Positions 9,812 through 22,144 of a stretch of DNA of 54,605 nt are shown here, piece after piece (position 1 is the first letter of the stretch; every line of letters begins with the position of its first letter). The notes below the pieces were generated by a model that did not search any database, was not told where the DNA came from, and was given only the letters and a program-made list of their open reading frames with translations. The stretch lies in the sequence record SRR16203515_1384; one strand, written 5' to 3'. Position numbers and translations under genes: made by a program.

Positions 9812-11218
9812 ATGACCGCCCCCAAGACACTTTATGATAAAATCTGGAACGACCACGTCGTCCACGAAGCAGAAGACGGAACAAGTCTTCTATACATTGA
9901 TCGCCACTTGGTTCACGAAGTGACGTCGCCACAGGCGTTCGAAGGTCTGCGTATGGCGGGCCGCACCGTACGCGCACCAGAAAAAACAATCGCTGTACCA
10001 GATCACAACGTTCCAACAACATTGGATCGCGCAAAAGGCATCGACAACGAAGAAAGCCGTATTCAGGTTGAAGCGTTGGACAAAAATGCCAAGGATTTCG
10101 GCATTCATTATTATCCCGTATCTGACGTTCGTCAGGGGATTGTACACATCGTTGGCCCAGAACAGGGTTGGACATTGCCTGGCATGACCGTTGTGTGCGG
10201 CGACAGCCACACAGCGACACACGGTGCGTTTGGCGCATTGGCACATGGCATCGGCACATCCGAGGTTGAACATGTTCTTGCGACACAAACTTTGATTCAA
10301 AAGAAATCAAAGAACATGAAGGTCGAGATCACAGGCAAACTTCGCCCCGGTGTGACAGCCAAGGACATTACATTGTCCGTTATCGGTGAAACGGGCATTG
10401 CAGGCGGTACAGGCTATGTGATTGAGTACTGTGGCGAAGCAATCCGTGATCTGTCCATGGAAGGTCGCATGACCGTATGTAACATGGCCATCGAAGGCGG
10501 CGCGCGCGCAGGCCTGATTGCCCCAGATGAAAAGACATTCGAATACTGCAAAGGCCGCCCGCACGCACCCAAAGGTGCAGAGTGGGAAGCAGCCGTCGCT
10601 TATTGGAAAACACTGTTCACCGATGAAGGTGCACATTTCGACAAGGTCATCACCATCAAAGGCGAAGACATTGCACCCGTTGTGACATGGGGCACATCAC
10701 CAGAGGATGTATTGCCAATCACCAGCACGGTTCCAAGTGCAGATGACTTCAACGGTGGCAAAGTCGATGCCGCGAAACGTTCACTGGAATACATGGGTCT
10801 GACATCAGGTCAAAAATTGACAGATATCGAAATTGACACTGTGTTCATCGGTTCATGTACGAACGGCCGTATCGAAGATTTGCGCGCAGCCGCAGAAATC
10901 CTAAAGGGCAAAAAGATCAAAGACGGCCTACGTGCCATGATCGTTCCAGGCTCTGGATTGGTACGCGCACAAGCCGAAGAAGAAGGCCTTGCAGACATCT
11001 TTAAAGATGCTGGCTTTGAATGGCGTTTGGCGGGATGTTCAATGTGTTTGGCTATGAACCCTGATCAATTGACACCGGGCGAACGTTGTGCTGCCACATC
11101 AAACCGTAACTTTGAAGGCCGTCAAGGTCGTGGTGGACGCACGCACCTCATGTCACCAGCAATGGCAGCCGCCGCGGCGATCACAGGCCGTCTAACAGAT
11201 GTTCGGGAGATGATGTAA
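9812..11218 (+). CDS. leuC: 3-isopropylmalate dehydratase large subunit
   Basis: [59 protein letters not shown] upstream of 9812. Confidence 0.97.
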   Translation: MTAPKTLYDKIWNDHVVHEAEDGTSLLYIDRHLVHEVTSPQAFEGLRMAGRTVRAPEKTIAVPDHNVPTTLDRAKGIDNEESRIQVEALDKNAKDFGIHYYPVSDVRQGIVHIVGPEQGWTLPGMTVVCGDSHTATHGAFGALAHGIGTSEVEHVLATQTLIQKKSKNMKVEITGKLRPGVTAKDITLSVIGETGIAGGTGYVIEYCGEAIRDLSMEGRMTVCNMAIEGGARAGLIAPDEKTFEYCKGRPHAPKGAEWEAAVAYWKTLFTDEGAHFDKVITIKGEDIAPVVTWGTSPEDVLPITSTVPSADDFNGGKVDAAKRSLEYMGLTSGQKLTDIEIDTVFIGSCTNGRIEDLRAAAEILKGKKIKDGLRAMIVPGSGLVRAQAEEEGLADIFKDAGFEWRLAGCSMCLAMNPDQLTPGERCAATSNRNFEGRQGRGGRTHLMSPAMAAAAAITGRLTDVREMM

Positions 11219-11823
11219 TGGACAAATTCGAAACATTCAGCGGCATCGCCGCCCCAATGCCATTGGTCAACATCGATACCGATATGATCATCCCAAAGCA
11301 ATTTTTGAAGACGATTAAACGCTCAGGTCTAGGTGTGCATGCGTTTGATGAAATGCGTTATGATGATGACGGTAACGAAATTCCTGATTTCATTTTGAAC
11401 CAATCCGCGTATCGCGAGGCATCAATCCTGATTGCAGGCGACAACTTTGGTTGTGGATCATCACGTGAACACGCGCCATGGGCCTTGTCCGATTTCGGGA
11501 TCAAGGTTGTTGTTTCCACATCATTTGCGGACATCTTCTTTAACAACTGTTTCAAAAACGGAATGCTACCTATCGTACTTCCGCAGGAACAGGTTGATCT
11601 GTTGATGAAAGACGCCGAAAAAGGCGCAAATGCGCGGGTTGACGTCAACCTTCAGGATCAAACAATCACTTCGTCAGATGGGGACGTGATCAAATTTGAC
11701 ATCGACCCATTCCGCAAACACTGCCTATTGAACGGGTTAGACGACATTGGTTTGACCCTTGAAAAAGCGGCCTCAATCGACAGCTTTGAAGCCAAAACAG
11801 GCGTCGCGCGCCCTTGGGCATAA
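11218..11823 (+). CDS. leuD: 3-isopropylmalate dehydratase small subunit
   Basis: [37 protein letters not shown]. Confidence 0.97.
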   Translation: MDKFETFSGIAAPMPLVNIDTDMIIPKQFLKTIKRSGLGVHAFDEMRYDDDGNEIPDFILNQSAYREASILIAGDNFGCGSSREHAPWALSDFGIKVVVSTSFADIFFNNCFKNGMLPIVLPQEQVDLLMKDAEKGANARVDVNLQDQTITSSDGDVIKFDIDPFRKHCLLNGLDDIGLTLEKAASIDSFEAKTGVARPWA

Positions 11824-11831
11824 GAAATGCG

Positions 11832-11853
11832 GGTGCGCCCATGCGGGCGCACC
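11832..11853. terminator. GC-rich hairpin between convergent leuD and a hypothetical gene
   Basis: GGTGCGCCC-ATGC-GGGCGCACC, perfect 9-bp stem. Confidence 0.65.
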
Positions 11854-12380
11854 TATTTTCGTATATGAAAAATCACCGCGATATCATCTAAGGTCTCTTT
11901 CTGCTTTGGACCAAGGTCCGTTTCGCATGTGATTTGACCAATCACCCGCATAAGCGATTGAAGCCCATTCATCTCGTGGGTTTTGTAATGGCGACGCGAT
12001 GCACGCGATAAGGCTGCGTCAATGGTACCACATTCACGAATGGCCCAATCCGCCACAATGGTCAGATCCTCAGCCCGCTGATCGGTACAATCAAATTCGT
12101 GTCGAAGCGCCTCGCGCAGGCGCACAATATCATTCAGCGTCACAACACCCTTTTTCTCGACAAAGGCTTTCGCAATAATTGCGGTTAATTGATCGTTATC
12201 CTCAATCGCGTCCACGGGGTGGATATTGGTCTTTCGCTTAAATCCCATGCGTCGGAACGCCAGTCGAACGTCGCTTGCAACATGTACGATATCCTCAGCC
12301 GCATCTCTGGCGTTTCTTGCGCGACCGGACCAAAAATATGCAGCACCAATAATGCTAAGAAGAGTCATTAATATTGGCAT
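11853..12380 (-). CDS. Hypothetical membrane-anchored protein (possibly TerB-like helical C-terminus)
   Basis: N-terminal TM segment, SD-like AGGTGA upstream, ..RRMGFKRKTNIHPVDAIED.. segment. Confidence 0.7.
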   Translation of the reverse strand: MPILMTLLSIIGAAYFWSGRARNARDAAEDIVHVASDVRLAFRRMGFKRKTNIHPVDAIEDNDQLTAIIAKAFVEKKGVVTLNDIVRLREALRHEFDCTDQRAEDLTIVADWAIRECGTIDAALSRASRRHYKTHEMNGLQSLMRVIGQITCETDLGPKQKETLDDIAVIFHIRK

Positions 12381-12842
12381 GTATTCACCTATTTATAAAA
12401 TTTGCTTTAAACTTGATGCGACTCAATTGAACAAAATATTGTGGCATTTTGCGGGAAGGACTGTGTTGTATATCAACCATTTCGCGCGTGTTATGTGAAT
12501 TTTGACCAGCATTTGGTTGCCAAAATTGCTCGATAAACCTTACGAATGGAAAAAGGGGTGATAGAGCACAGAACGATCTACCCAGAGTTGTTTTTGCATT
12601 TCCATTGACTGCAAACAGACACAGTGCCCAGCCCAAGACGTTGAATTTGATAAGAAAATATCAGTCAAAGTGCGGCTTTTTCGTCGCAGTTTGCCAACTA
12701 ATGCTCAAAATCACCCAAACGAAATTAATTTTGTATTGTTAATTTATCCTTTCGGATACAATATTGTGGCAGAAATGAGGCAGATGATTGAAGCAGGCAC
12801 GGGCAAAGTATCCAAACCGCACAATCAATTAAGGAAGTGAGC

Positions 12843-13673
12843 ATGATCTTTTTGGTCATAGGGGCGATATTTCGTGCACTTTTGGTGGCAATGGCCATTT
12901 CGGTTCCGTCTATTGTTCTGATAACAGGTGCGTCCGATGGATCATCCATTACATTGATCGCTGCCTTGATTGCAGGGGCGCTCATCTGTCTTGAATATCT
13001 AAACACATATCCCAGCATGTTAGAGTTCCGCGACGCCGCCCCCTATAACAGGATCAGATACCTAAGTGCGTTGATCGCAATTATATGTGTCAGTACTCTG
13101 TTTCGGGACGCGCACCACGCAGACAATTCAAATACGATGCTGATGGCGATTGGGACAATCATTGGACATGGGTTGGATTTCCCGTATTCGCCCATTCGGT
13201 TGATTATTTTAACTCTCCCTCTCGACGTCAGTGACACGATTGTGGATGCCGCCCGCCTGTCGGCTGGGGTGACATTTGTGATTTCAATCCTGACTGTCGC
13301 TGGATTTTTCCTATTCACCCGCCTGTCACGTTGGCCCGTGTCCTTTGGATCATTTAACGTTTGGACAAACCTTCCCGTATTGGACCCCACATCAGGCGTG
13401 GACATTGTTCTGCGACTGACTCGAGAGGGCAGATCAAACATTGGACTTGCACTGCTTAGCCCATTTTTGATGCCGATCGTGATACAAATCACAATGCTGA
13501 CGCTGCGATTGGAACCGTTTCAATCGGCCCAATCCGCGGCTTGGATCATAATCATGTGGGGGGTGCTTCCGACGTTTTTGGCAATGCGCGGGATCGCAAT
13601 GTTACGTATTACTGAATTGATCATCGAAAAGCGCCATTCAAATAACGCACACAGCATGCTGCAAATGGCGTAA
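12843..13673 (+). CDS. Conserved hypothetical multi-pass membrane protein
   Basis: About 6 hydrophobic segments with motifs EFRDAAPYNRIR, LDFPYSPIRL and SFNVWTNLP; AAGGAAG SD before ATG 12843. Confidence 0.75.
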   Translation: MIFLVIGAIFRALLVAMAISVPSIVLITGASDGSSITLIAALIAGALICLEYLNTYPSMLEFRDAAPYNRIRYLSALIAIICVSTLFRDAHHADNSNTMLMAIGTIIGHGLDFPYSPIRLIILTLPLDVSDTIVDAARLSAGVTFVISILTVAGFFLFTRLSRWPVSFGSFNVWTNLPVLDPTSGVDIVLRLTREGRSNIGLALLSPFLMPIVIQITMLTLRLEPFQSAQSAAWIIIMWGVLPTFLAMRGIAMLRITELIIEKRHSNNAHSMLQMA

Positions 13674-13749
13674 ATTTACCGTGCTTTCTTGACCATTTAC
13701 GTGGAAATCGCTAACTCGCTTGGGACAGCATAACCCAAGGATTCACAGC

Positions 13750-14856
13750 ATGAGCAACCCATCAATTCTTATCCTCCCTGGCGACGGTATCGGACCAGAG
13801 GTCATGGCCGAAGTTCGCAAAATCATTTCCTGGTACGGCGACAACCGCGATCTTGCATTTGATGTATCCGAGGATTTGGTTGGCGGCGCAGCATATGACG
13901 CGCACGGCACGCCATTGCATGACGACACAATGGCCAAAGCCCAAGAGGTAGATGCCGTTCTATTGGGTGCCGTTGGCGGCCCAAAATATGATAACCTTGA
14001 TTTTTCTGTGAAACCAGAACGCGGACTTTTGCGCCTACGCAAGGAAATGGACCTGTTCGCAAACTTGCGCCCAGCGCAGTGTTTTGACGCACTTGCGGAT
14101 TTCTCATCTTTGAAAAAGGATGTGGTCGCTGGTTTAGACATCATGATCGTTCGCGAACTGACTTCTGGCATCTACTTTGGCGAGCCACGCGGCATTTTCG
14201 AGGAAGGTAACGAACGTGTTGGCATCAACACACAACGTTACACAGAATCAGAAATTGAGCGTGTTGCACGCAGCGCATTTGAATTGGCCCGCCGTCGTGG
14301 CAACAAAGTTTGCTCAATGGAAAAAGCAAACGTTATGGAATCTGGCATTCTTTGGCGTGAGGTTGTTCAAAAAGTCCACGACGAAGAATATGCGGATGTT
14401 GAACTATCGCATATGTACGCAGATGCAGGAGCCATGCAACTGTGCCGCTGGCCAAAACAGTTTGATGTGATCGTTACCGATAACCTATTTGGCGACCTTC
14501 TTTCAGATGCGGCGGCAATGCTAACCGGATCGCTGGGCATGTTACCATCAGCCTCGCTGGGTGCCCCAATGGCAAATGGCCGTCCAAAGGCACTATATGA
14601 ACCCGTGCACGGGTCGGCACCTGACATTGCGGGCGAAGGCAAAGCGAACCCAATCGCCTGTGCCCTAAGTTTTGCAATGGCATTGCGCTATAGCTTTGAC
14701 CAAGGTGCAGAAGCGGATCGCCTAGAGCAAGCAGTTGAAAAAGTGTTGGCCGATGGCGTTCGCACTGCAGACCTGTTGGGCGAAGAGGGTGTGACACCTG
14801 TTTCAACATCTGAAATGGGCGACGCGATTATCGCGGCACTAAACGAATCATTATAA
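13750..14856 (+). CDS. leuB: 3-isopropylmalate dehydrogenase
   Basis: [41 protein letters not shown]. Confidence 0.97.
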   Translation: MSNPSILILPGDGIGPEVMAEVRKIISWYGDNRDLAFDVSEDLVGGAAYDAHGTPLHDDTMAKAQEVDAVLLGAVGGPKYDNLDFSVKPERGLLRLRKEMDLFANLRPAQCFDALADFSSLKKDVVAGLDIMIVRELTSGIYFGEPRGIFEEGNERVGINTQRYTESEIERVARSAFELARRRGNKVCSMEKANVMESGILWREVVQKVHDEEYADVELSHMYADAGAMQLCRWPKQFDVIVTDNLFGDLLSDAAAMLTGSLGMLPSASLGAPMANGRPKALYEPVHGSAPDIAGEGKANPIACALSFAMALRYSFDQGAEADRLEQAVEKVLADGVRTADLLGEEGVTPVSTSEMGDAIIAALNESL

Positions 14857-14938
14857 GAGAGTTTTAATTTAACTCTTGCATGAATGACCCGCAGTGTGAT
14901 TTTGCTAAGACAATAGCATTATTCCTGCGGGTTAATTT

Positions 14939-15883
14939 ATGTCTGCTAACGCCAAAGGCGCACTTTTTGCATTGCTCGGATTCGCACTCTTCTCGGCACA
15001 TGATGTGGCGGTGAAATATCTAGGCGGACAGTATTCGACTTTTCAAATCATTTTTTTCTCGGTCTTGTTCAGCTTTCCAATGGTGTTCTTGATGCACCTT
15101 AGGGAACGCAATGCGGATAATTTGTTCCCAAAACACCCTTGGTGGTCTTTACTGCGCGTTGTTGCAACCGTGGTTACGGGGATATCGGCGTTTTACGCAT
15201 TTTCCGTTCTTCCTCTGGCACAAACCTATGCGTTTCTGTTTGGCATGCCTCTATTGATCACGGTTTTATCTGTTCCAATGCTGGGCGAACGTGTCGGGAT
15301 ACATCGGGGCAGCGCGGTCATCGTTGGCCTGATTGGCGTTTTGGTGGTTCTGCGGCCTGGATATGTCGAACTAGGGTTAGGCCATGCGGCCGGTTTGACG
15401 GCAGCCATGGGCGCGGCGATTTCATCGTTGATTGTGCGAAAAATCGGGAACGAAGAACGCAGTACCGTTTTGATGATTTATCCTATGTTTGCCAATCTAT
15501 TGTTGATGGCCGCTTTATTACCTGGCCGCTACGTTCCGATGGCACTGTTTGACTTGGGGACTGTGGCGACAATGGCGATATTAGCTTCGCTTGCCTCTCT
15601 ATGCATTATTTTGGCCTATAAAAACGGTGAAGCCAGCGTCGTGGCCCCGATGCATTATTCGCAAATGATATGGGCGATTATTTATGGATATTTCTTTTTT
15701 GCCGAATTGCCTGACTGGTTCACGTTGATTGGGGCGTGTATCGTTATCTCAAGCGGCTTATATGTTGTCTTTCGCGAAAGCCGCGTCACAGTTTCCGAAA
15801 ACACACCCGTCCTGCGAAACAAAAGCCGCGCAGAAACGGGAACCACCCCCAGGATCTCTACACTTATTAATTCGACGGATTAG
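14939..15883 (+). CDS. DMT/EamA family transporter
   Basis: About 10 TM segments, [18 protein letters not shown]. Confidence 0.88.
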   Translation: MSANAKGALFALLGFALFSAHDVAVKYLGGQYSTFQIIFFSVLFSFPMVFLMHLRERNADNLFPKHPWWSLLRVVATVVTGISAFYAFSVLPLAQTYAFLFGMPLLITVLSVPMLGERVGIHRGSAVIVGLIGVLVVLRPGYVELGLGHAAGLTAAMGAAISSLIVRKIGNEERSTVLMIYPMFANLLLMAALLPGRYVPMALFDLGTVATMAILASLASLCIILAYKNGEASVVAPMHYSQMIWAIIYGYFFFAELPDWFTLIGACIVISSGLYVVFRESRVTVSENTPVLRNKSRAETGTTPRISTLINSTD

Positions 15884-18033
15884 GCATCAAGGAACATCCG
15901 CAACTTTTGTTCCAATGTTTTAATTTCAACGGGCTTAGCTATATAATCATCCATACCCGATGCAAAACATTTGTCGGCATCCCCCTTTAGCGCATTGGCC
16001 GTGATTGCGATAATGGGTGTGCGGTTCATGAATTCAGCCTGTTCAATATCACGCAGTGCGCGCGACATTTCAAAGCCGTCCAGCACAGGCAAATGGCAAT
16101 CCGACAGGATCACATCGTAATCGCCCTCTTCCCACATAGTTAGGCCTTCTTGACCATTGCGAGCAATATCCGCGTTAAAGCCGAGAATTTCCAACTGTTT
16201 CAACATAACGATGCGATTGATTTCGTTATCTTCGACGAACAGGATTTTCTTTTCGCCACATGCGCGCATATCAGGCTGCGTTTGGTCCGAATTCACAGGT
16301 GAATCAGTCGAATTCTCTGTCTTGAGACGCCCTGCCAGTAACCCAAACGCCCGATGCAGTTCTGTTGGCAGCGCAGGATATAACTGTGTTCGGAAAACGT
16401 CGTCCTGCAACAGACCCAAACGTTTTGCACGGTTGGCTGTCATCATCAGAAACCGAGGGTTTTCAAAACGTTCACGCAGCTGTTCTTGCCAACCCACGAT
16501 GCGGTCAGGGGAACCGCTGCTTAGGACAAAAATCTTTTGGCCATTGGTCGGAATATTCAAAGCGTTCAAATCACACTCTGCAACATGCGTTTGCACATCA
16601 ACGCCCTGCGCGGTTAGATATCGTTTAATCTCTTCGTGCTCATCCGCGGTATCATCAGCGATCCAATCTATAGACACCCCAGAAATATCTACCAAATTCG
16701 ATGGTGCGCGAAGAGGTTCAAGTGGAAGCAAAACGGAAACCTCGGTTCCGACGTCTTGTTCGCTAATCAATTGAATGCGTCCATCCATTCGATTAACCAA
16801 ATGAAGCGAGATCACCAAACCCAATCCCGTACCACCAACGCGCCGCATCGCAACTGGTTCACCCTGCATAAAGGGTTCAAACAGGTTTTTCTGTACCCCT
16901 TGGCTCATGCCAATGCCATTGTCTTTGACATCGATCCGCATTTGGCCCGCAGACGCCATCGACACACTGAAGCGTACATGACTTTCGCGCTCTGTAAGAT
17001 CATACGCAGAATATTTTACGGCATTACTTAGTAGGTTCAACATAACTTGGCGTAAACGCCCGCCGTCGATCATACCAAACTCTGGAACCTTCGGATCGAT
17101 AAATAGGTGGATTTTCACACCCAAATCATCTGCCATATGCTGTAGGGTCAGGGCCACACCTTCAATCGTGGCGCGCATGTCTGTTTTTGATCGACTGATT
17201 TCCAGCTTGCCCGCATCAATTTTACTGGCATCCAGAATGTCATCAATGATCCGCAGCAACGAGAAGGCAGAATTGCGAATAATGCCCAAAACACGCTTTT
17301 GTTCTTGGGTGGGTCGCAAGGTTTCCATAACCTCAATCATGCCAACCATCCCATTCATGGGTGTTCTGATTTCATGGCTCATATTCGCCAAAAAATCGCC
17401 TTTGGCAGTCGCCGCCTCTTCTGCACGCAGACGCGCTTGGAACAATTCATCTTCTGTCTGTCCAGCTAGGATTGAGAAATAGGCAAGTTCAGCAACCAAC
17501 AAAACCGCCACCGTCCCCATCAACAAATAGTTAATAATTTCTACGGAAAGCGAATTTTTCACTGCCGGAATTCCAAACAAACGCTCCGAGCTTGATGCCA
17601 AATCGAAATAGATCACACAGGCCCATGCAAGGGCGCTGTAGGCAATGAAAGCATACAAGTAGGTCCGCTCAGTTTTCCATGAAAACGCCAAAAACGGCAG
17701 GGCCAATATAGGAAAAAACAAGAGATCAACTTGCGTGCCGTGGTCCGAAACGATGATCCCGAACACCGTTGTCAAAATGGCATTGATCAACCAAAACGCG
17801 CGTGCGATCGTGTCAAATCGAAACAGAAACAACAGCAGACTAAGGCCGTAAACACCTGCCACCGATCCTGCGATGGCAAATCCCGCCCAATCGCCAAGCA
17901 CGATCATCATCACAGCCCAACAAGTCGCAACAATCACGATCACCTGAACCGCAAGTTGACTAACGCGCACACGGCGTTCGCGATCAATCTCGATCATGTT
18001 AGGAAGTTCAGAGGCCGACATCCACTCTACCAC
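15880..18033 (-). CDS. Membrane-bound hybrid sensor histidine kinase / response regulator
   Basis: About 6 N-terminal TM helices, H-box [17 protein letters not shown] boxes ([21 protein letters not shown]), C-terminal REC (VEDN, DVILSD, KP). Confidence 0.92.
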   Translation of the reverse strand: MVEWMSASELPNMIEIDRERRVRVSQLAVQVIVIVATCWAVMMIVLGDWAGFAIAGSVAGVYGLSLLLFLFRFDTIARAFWLINAILTTVFGIIVSDHGTQVDLLFFPILALPFLAFSWKTERTYLYAFIAYSALAWACVIYFDLASSSERLFGIPAVKNSLSVEIINYLLMGTVAVLLVAELAYFSILAGQTEDELFQARLRAEEAATAKGDFLANMSHEIRTPMNGMVGMIEVMETLRPTQEQKRVLGIIRNSAFSLLRIIDDILDASKIDAGKLEISRSKTDMRATIEGVALTLQHMADDLGVKIHLFIDPKVPEFGMIDGGRLRQVMLNLLSNAVKYSAYDLTERESHVRFSVSMASAGQMRIDVKDNGIGMSQGVQKNLFEPFMQGEPVAMRRVGGTGLGLVISLHLVNRMDGRIQLISEQDVGTEVSVLLPLEPLRAPSNLVDISGVSIDWIADDTADEHEEIKRYLTAQGVDVQTHVAECDLNALNIPTNGQKIFVLSSGSPDRIVGWQEQLRERFENPRFLMMTANRAKRLGLLQDDVFRTQLYPALPTELHRAFGLLAGRLKTENSTDSPVNSDQTQPDMRACGEKKILFVEDNEINRIVMLKQLEILGFNADIARNGQEGLTMWEEGDYDVILSDCHLPVLDGFEMSRALRDIEQAEFMNRTPIIAITANALKGDADKCFASGMDDYIAKPVEIKTLEQKLRMFLDA

Positions 18034-18131
18034 TCATAATATCGTTAAATAACCTGTATTCATGATCAACGACTTGCACATAAGTTAGTTTACATACAAA
18101 TTCCCCACAAAATCTAGCGGGTTAATTAAAA

Positions 18132-18725
18132 ATGAAACATGCTCTTTTGATAATTGATGTTCAAAACGATTTTTGTCCTGGCGGATCGCTGGCGGTCACA
18201 GACGGCGATCAGATCGTTTCAGGGATCAATGACATCATGAATGATTTCGATTACGTGATTTTAACCCAAGATTGGCACCCCGCAAACCACAGTTCATTCG
18301 CAAGCAATCAGAATGCCGATCCATTCAGCGTGATTGATATGCCATATGGCCCACAAGTTCTGTGGCCTGATCATTGTATCCAAGGATCATTCGGCAGCGC
18401 ACTTCATGAAGATTTGAACACAACACGTGCCGATTTGATTATTCGAAAAGGCCAGAACCCTGGTGTGGATAGTTATTCTGCGTTTTTCGAAAATGACCGC
18501 ACTACCGCGACTGAACTGCATGGGCATCTTACAGAACGATCTGTGTCCAAAGTGACGCTTGTCGGATTGGCCACGGATTATTGCGTTAATTTTTCGGCAC
18601 AAGACGCCGTAAAACTGGGGTATGAAACACATGTTCGCATTGATCTGTGCCGCGCCATTGACCTTGATGGATCATTGGATCAGGCACGGAGCGATTGGAA
18701 TGCGTTAGGAATAGGAACTTCATAA
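18132..18725 (+). CDS. pncA: Nicotinamidase/pyrazinamidase
   Basis: IDVQNDFCPGGSL, QDWHP, WPDHC, DSYSAF, GLATDYCV. Confidence 0.95.
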   Translation: MKHALLIIDVQNDFCPGGSLAVTDGDQIVSGINDIMNDFDYVILTQDWHPANHSSFASNQNADPFSVIDMPYGPQVLWPDHCIQGSFGSALHEDLNTTRADLIIRKGQNPGVDSYSAFFENDRTTATELHGHLTERSVSKVTLVGLATDYCVNFSAQDAVKLGYETHVRIDLCRAIDLDGSLDQARSDWNALGIGTS

Positions 18726-20017
18726 TGGTGGATATCGCGACACGCGTTTGGAACCACAAATGGCGCATTGATCCCATTGTCAGATCACTGATCGACACGG
18801 ATTTCTATAAACTGTTGATGTGCCAATCGATCCATCGCAACAAACCAGATACGCAGGTTACATTTAGTCTGATCAATCGTTCAAAACATATCCGTTTGGC
18901 CGAATTGATCGACGAAGGAGAATTGCGCGAACAACTGGATCATATTCGCAGTCTTTCACTAAGCCGCGGCGAAAGCACGTGGTTGCGCGGAAATACCTTT
19001 TACGGCAAACGGCAGATGTTCAGACCTGATTTCATGGAATGGTTTGAAAACCTGCGATTGCCCGATTACCACCTTGAAAAACGTGATGGACAATATGAAC
19101 TGATGTTCGAAGGCAGTTGGCCAGAGGTTATGTTGTGGGAAATCCCCGCACTTGCCGTATTGATGGAGCTGCGAGGTCGTGCCGTTTTAAAGGACATGCG
19201 ACGTTTTGAAATCCAAATTTTGTACGCACGCGCGATGACAAAACTGTGGGAAAAGGTGGAACGCCTGCGGCAATTGGAACATCTGCGGATCGCGGATTTT
19301 GGAGCACGTCGCCGACATTCCTTTTTGTGGCAGGACTGGGCCGTACAAGCCATGCAAGAGGGGCTTGGAAATAAATTCATTGGAACCTCAAACTGCCTGA
19401 TCGCGATGCACCGCGATATCGAAGCGATCGGCACCAACGCACATGAATTGCCGATGGTCTATTCAGCGCTGACGGAAAGTGATGCTGATTTGGCACAAGC
19501 TCCCTATCAGGTTTTGGCAGACTGGCATGAAGAACACGATGGCAATCTGCGCATCATCCTGCCCGACACCTATGGCACAGAAGGTTTTTTGAAAAATGCC
19601 CCAGATTGGTTGGCAGGTTGGACAGGTATCCGTATCGACAGTGGCAAACCCGAACTTGCCGCGGAAACCGCAATTCAGTGGTGGAAGGACCGTGGAGAGG
19701 ATCCGACACAGAAACTTGTCATCTTCTCAGACGGACTCGACACCGACGAAATACAGACGTTATACCGACGTTTTACCGACAGGGTAAAAGTGTCCTTTGG
19801 GTGGGGCACAAATCTGACAAATGATTTCCGCGGATTGGTGCCTGATGCGGGGCTTGAGGCGTTTTCGTTGGTGTGCAAGGCGGTGTCAGCGAATGGAAAT
19901 CCAACCGTCAAATTGTCCGATAACCCGAATAAGGCAATGGGTCCAAAAGAGGAAATTGAACGCTATAAACGCGTATTTGATGTTGGCCAACAACTGGCCA
20001 TCGACGTAACTGTTTAG
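18725..20017 (+). CDS. pncB: Nicotinate phosphoribosyltransferase
   Basis: SLIDTDFYKLLM, GTNAHE, LPDTYGT, RIDSG, FSDGL, KLSDN; TAATG coupling with pncA. Confidence 0.95.
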   Translation: MVDIATRVWNHKWRIDPIVRSLIDTDFYKLLMCQSIHRNKPDTQVTFSLINRSKHIRLAELIDEGELREQLDHIRSLSLSRGESTWLRGNTFYGKRQMFRPDFMEWFENLRLPDYHLEKRDGQYELMFEGSWPEVMLWEIPALAVLMELRGRAVLKDMRRFEIQILYARAMTKLWEKVERLRQLEHLRIADFGARRRHSFLWQDWAVQAMQEGLGNKFIGTSNCLIAMHRDIEAIGTNAHELPMVYSALTESDADLAQAPYQVLADWHEEHDGNLRIILPDTYGTEGFLKNAPDWLAGWTGIRIDSGKPELAAETAIQWWKDRGEDPTQKLVIFSDGLDTDEIQTLYRRFTDRVKVSFGWGTNLTNDFRGLVPDAGLEAFSLVCKAVSANGNPTVKLSDNPNKAMGPKEEIERYKRVFDVGQQLAIDVTV

Positions 20018-20081
20018 GCCCCACTTCACCCCAGTATGTCATTGATATTCTGCGTCAGAATCGCAGCGAAAGGCAAATTTT

Positions 20082-20618
20082 ATGTATCCATTTCTGAGAC
20101 TTACCAAAGAGGTGTTCAAATTTCGAAAGGCACCGCAATTGGGGTTTGGCGATGTTCACGTATCCTATCATATGCGCATGCCGTGGGATTTGGATCCATG
20201 GATCGAATTGAACAACGGTCGCACACTGACCCTATATGATTTGGGGCGCATCCCGCTTGCCGCACGCTCTGGTCTATTGAATGTGTTGAAAGAACGCAGA
20301 TGGGGAATGACCATGGCCGGTGCCTGCGTCCGATACCGCCGCCGCATCCGTATGTTTGAACGCATCGAAATGCGATCCCGCGCCCTCTGCTGGGATGATC
20401 GATTTATCTATATCGAACAATCCATGTGGAAAACCAACGGCGACTGCGCAGGTCACATAGTTTATCGCGGTGCATTTGTTGGTCACGATGGTATTGTTTC
20501 ACCAGATCGCATTTGGTCAGCATTAGGTGAAACAGCGGATCGACCCGAAATTCCTGAATGGGTCGCAACCTGGATTGCGGCTGAAGATATGCGCCCTTGG
20601 CCGCCTATGCAGGACTGA
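20082..20618 (+). CDS. Acyl-CoA thioesterase (hot-dog fold, 4HBT-like)
   Basis: PWDLDPWIELNNGRTLTLYDLGR motif. Confidence 0.85.
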   Translation: MYPFLRLTKEVFKFRKAPQLGFGDVHVSYHMRMPWDLDPWIELNNGRTLTLYDLGRIPLAARSGLLNVLKERRWGMTMAGACVRYRRRIRMFERIEMRSRALCWDDRFIYIEQSMWKTNGDCAGHIVYRGAFVGHDGIVSPDRIWSALGETADRPEIPEWVATWIAAEDMRPWPPMQD

Positions 20619-20707
20619 TAACTTTGGGTCAAATTGCATTCCAGGGCTACTTAATTCTTGACCCTCAATAAATACTTGCGTTTTGTGAGTAAAAAATGGG
20701 GGATCAC

Positions 20708-22066
20708 ATGTCACAGAGAAAAACGATCTGGGGTTGGTATTGGTTTGATTGGGCATGTCAGCCGTTTTTCACATTGCTTCTGACGTTCATTTTCGCCCCG
20801 TTTTTTGCACAGGTTGCGACAGAATATTACGCATCTGGCGGACTATCTGAACAATCTGCGGATGCCCGCGCGCAAACGTTATGGTCAACGGGTATTACGA
20901 TTGCGGGCCTGATTATTGCCTTTTCTGCCCCAATCCTGGGCGCAATCGCGGACTCTGCTGGCCGACGGATGCCATGGATTTCCTGTTTCACCGTTGCAGC
21001 AATTTTTGGGGCCGCCACAACATGGTTTATAGATCCCGCAGGTTCCAACCTAGTGACAATGTTGGTGGCATTTGTGATCTGCTACATTGGTGCTGAACTG
21101 GCATTTATCTTTGCCAGCGCTCAGTTACCAGACCTAGGGGATGACGACAGTGTAGGTGGGATTTCGGGATCGGGATTGGCATTTGGCTATGTCGGTGGCG
21201 TGTTGTCTTTGGTCATTGTGCTGCTGCTATTTGTTGGTCAGGACAACGGCAAAACAATATTCCTAAATCTCGATCCGCTCTTTGGATTTGACCCTGCAGA
21301 GAAGGAAGGCACACGTTTTGCGGGCCCCTTTGCCGCGCTATGGTGTTTGGTTTTTTCAATTCCATATTTCCTGTGGGTGCGTGAAGGGCACCTTCCCAAT
21401 CGTCGGCCCAACCTGGGCGGTGCAATGTCAACCCTGTGGCAGGCGATCAAAGGCGTCTTAAACCGACCCAGTCAGGGTAAATTCCTAATTTCATCAATGT
21501 TCTACCGTGACGCGTTGAACGGTCTTTATACATTTGGCGGGATTTACGCGGGACTTGTTCTGGATTGGAGCATTGTTCAAATTGGAACCTTTGGAATCGT
21601 TGCCGCAATTTCCGCAGGTTTGTTTAGTTGGATGGGTGGTAAGTTGGATAATCGTATCGGACCCAAACCCGTCATTTACATGACGATTTTCATTCTAATG
21701 GGTGTTTGTGTTGTCATTATCGGGATGAGCAAGACACATTTCTTTGGCGTCGAACTGGCCGCTGGATCAACACTGCCTGATAACCTGTTCATGGTGTGCG
21801 GATGTTTGATTGGGGGCATGGGTGGCATGTTGCAATCAGCGAGCCGCAGTTTGATGGTGCGCCACGCAATGCCCGGGAAAGAGACAATTGAATTCGGGCT
21901 TTATGGCCTATCGGGTCGGGCCACAGCATTCTTAGCGCCATTGTTAATCACAATCGCCACGACCATCACCGACAGTGCGCGATTGGGTGTGTCCCCCATT
22001 GTAATCCTGTTCGTTTTGGGCCTTGTGTTCTTGATCGGCGTGAACGCCAAGGGTGATGCAAGATAG
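20708..22066 (+). CDS. MFS transporter (UMF1/ATG22-like)
   Basis: IWGWYWFDWA, APILGAIAD, SMFYRDAL, QSASRS, FGLYGLSGRAT. Confidence 0.88.
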   Translation: MSQRKTIWGWYWFDWACQPFFTLLLTFIFAPFFAQVATEYYASGGLSEQSADARAQTLWSTGITIAGLIIAFSAPILGAIADSAGRRMPWISCFTVAAIFGAATTWFIDPAGSNLVTMLVAFVICYIGAELAFIFASAQLPDLGDDDSVGGISGSGLAFGYVGGVLSLVIVLLLFVGQDNGKTIFLNLDPLFGFDPAEKEGTRFAGPFAALWCLVFSIPYFLWVREGHLPNRRPNLGGAMSTLWQAIKGVLNRPSQGKFLISSMFYRDALNGLYTFGGIYAGLVLDWSIVQIGTFGIVAAISAGLFSWMGGKLDNRIGPKPVIYMTIFILMGVCVVIIGMSKTHFFGVELAAGSTLPDNLFMVCGCLIGGMGGMLQSASRSLMVRHAMPGKETIEFGLYGLSGRATAFLAPLLITIATTITDSARLGVSPIVILFVLGLVFLIGVNAKGDAR

Positions 22067-22144
22067 GCAAAGTTTTGCACTTGGTTTAGAAATGTTTGGC
22101 CTTCAACCGCTTCCTTGTTAGGGTTTGTCCAAAGGAATGCGTTT

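Noticed and set aside
9606-10310. 234-aa minus-strand ORF, and similar long shadow ORFs such as 16157-16774, 33039-33551 and 41394-41882
   Set aside because: They overlap well-supported genes on the opposite strand or in another frame, have atypical composition and show no motifs.
12725-12742. TTAA-N10-TTAA as a CtrA box
   Set aside because: Wrong spacing (N7 expected) and AT-rich background.
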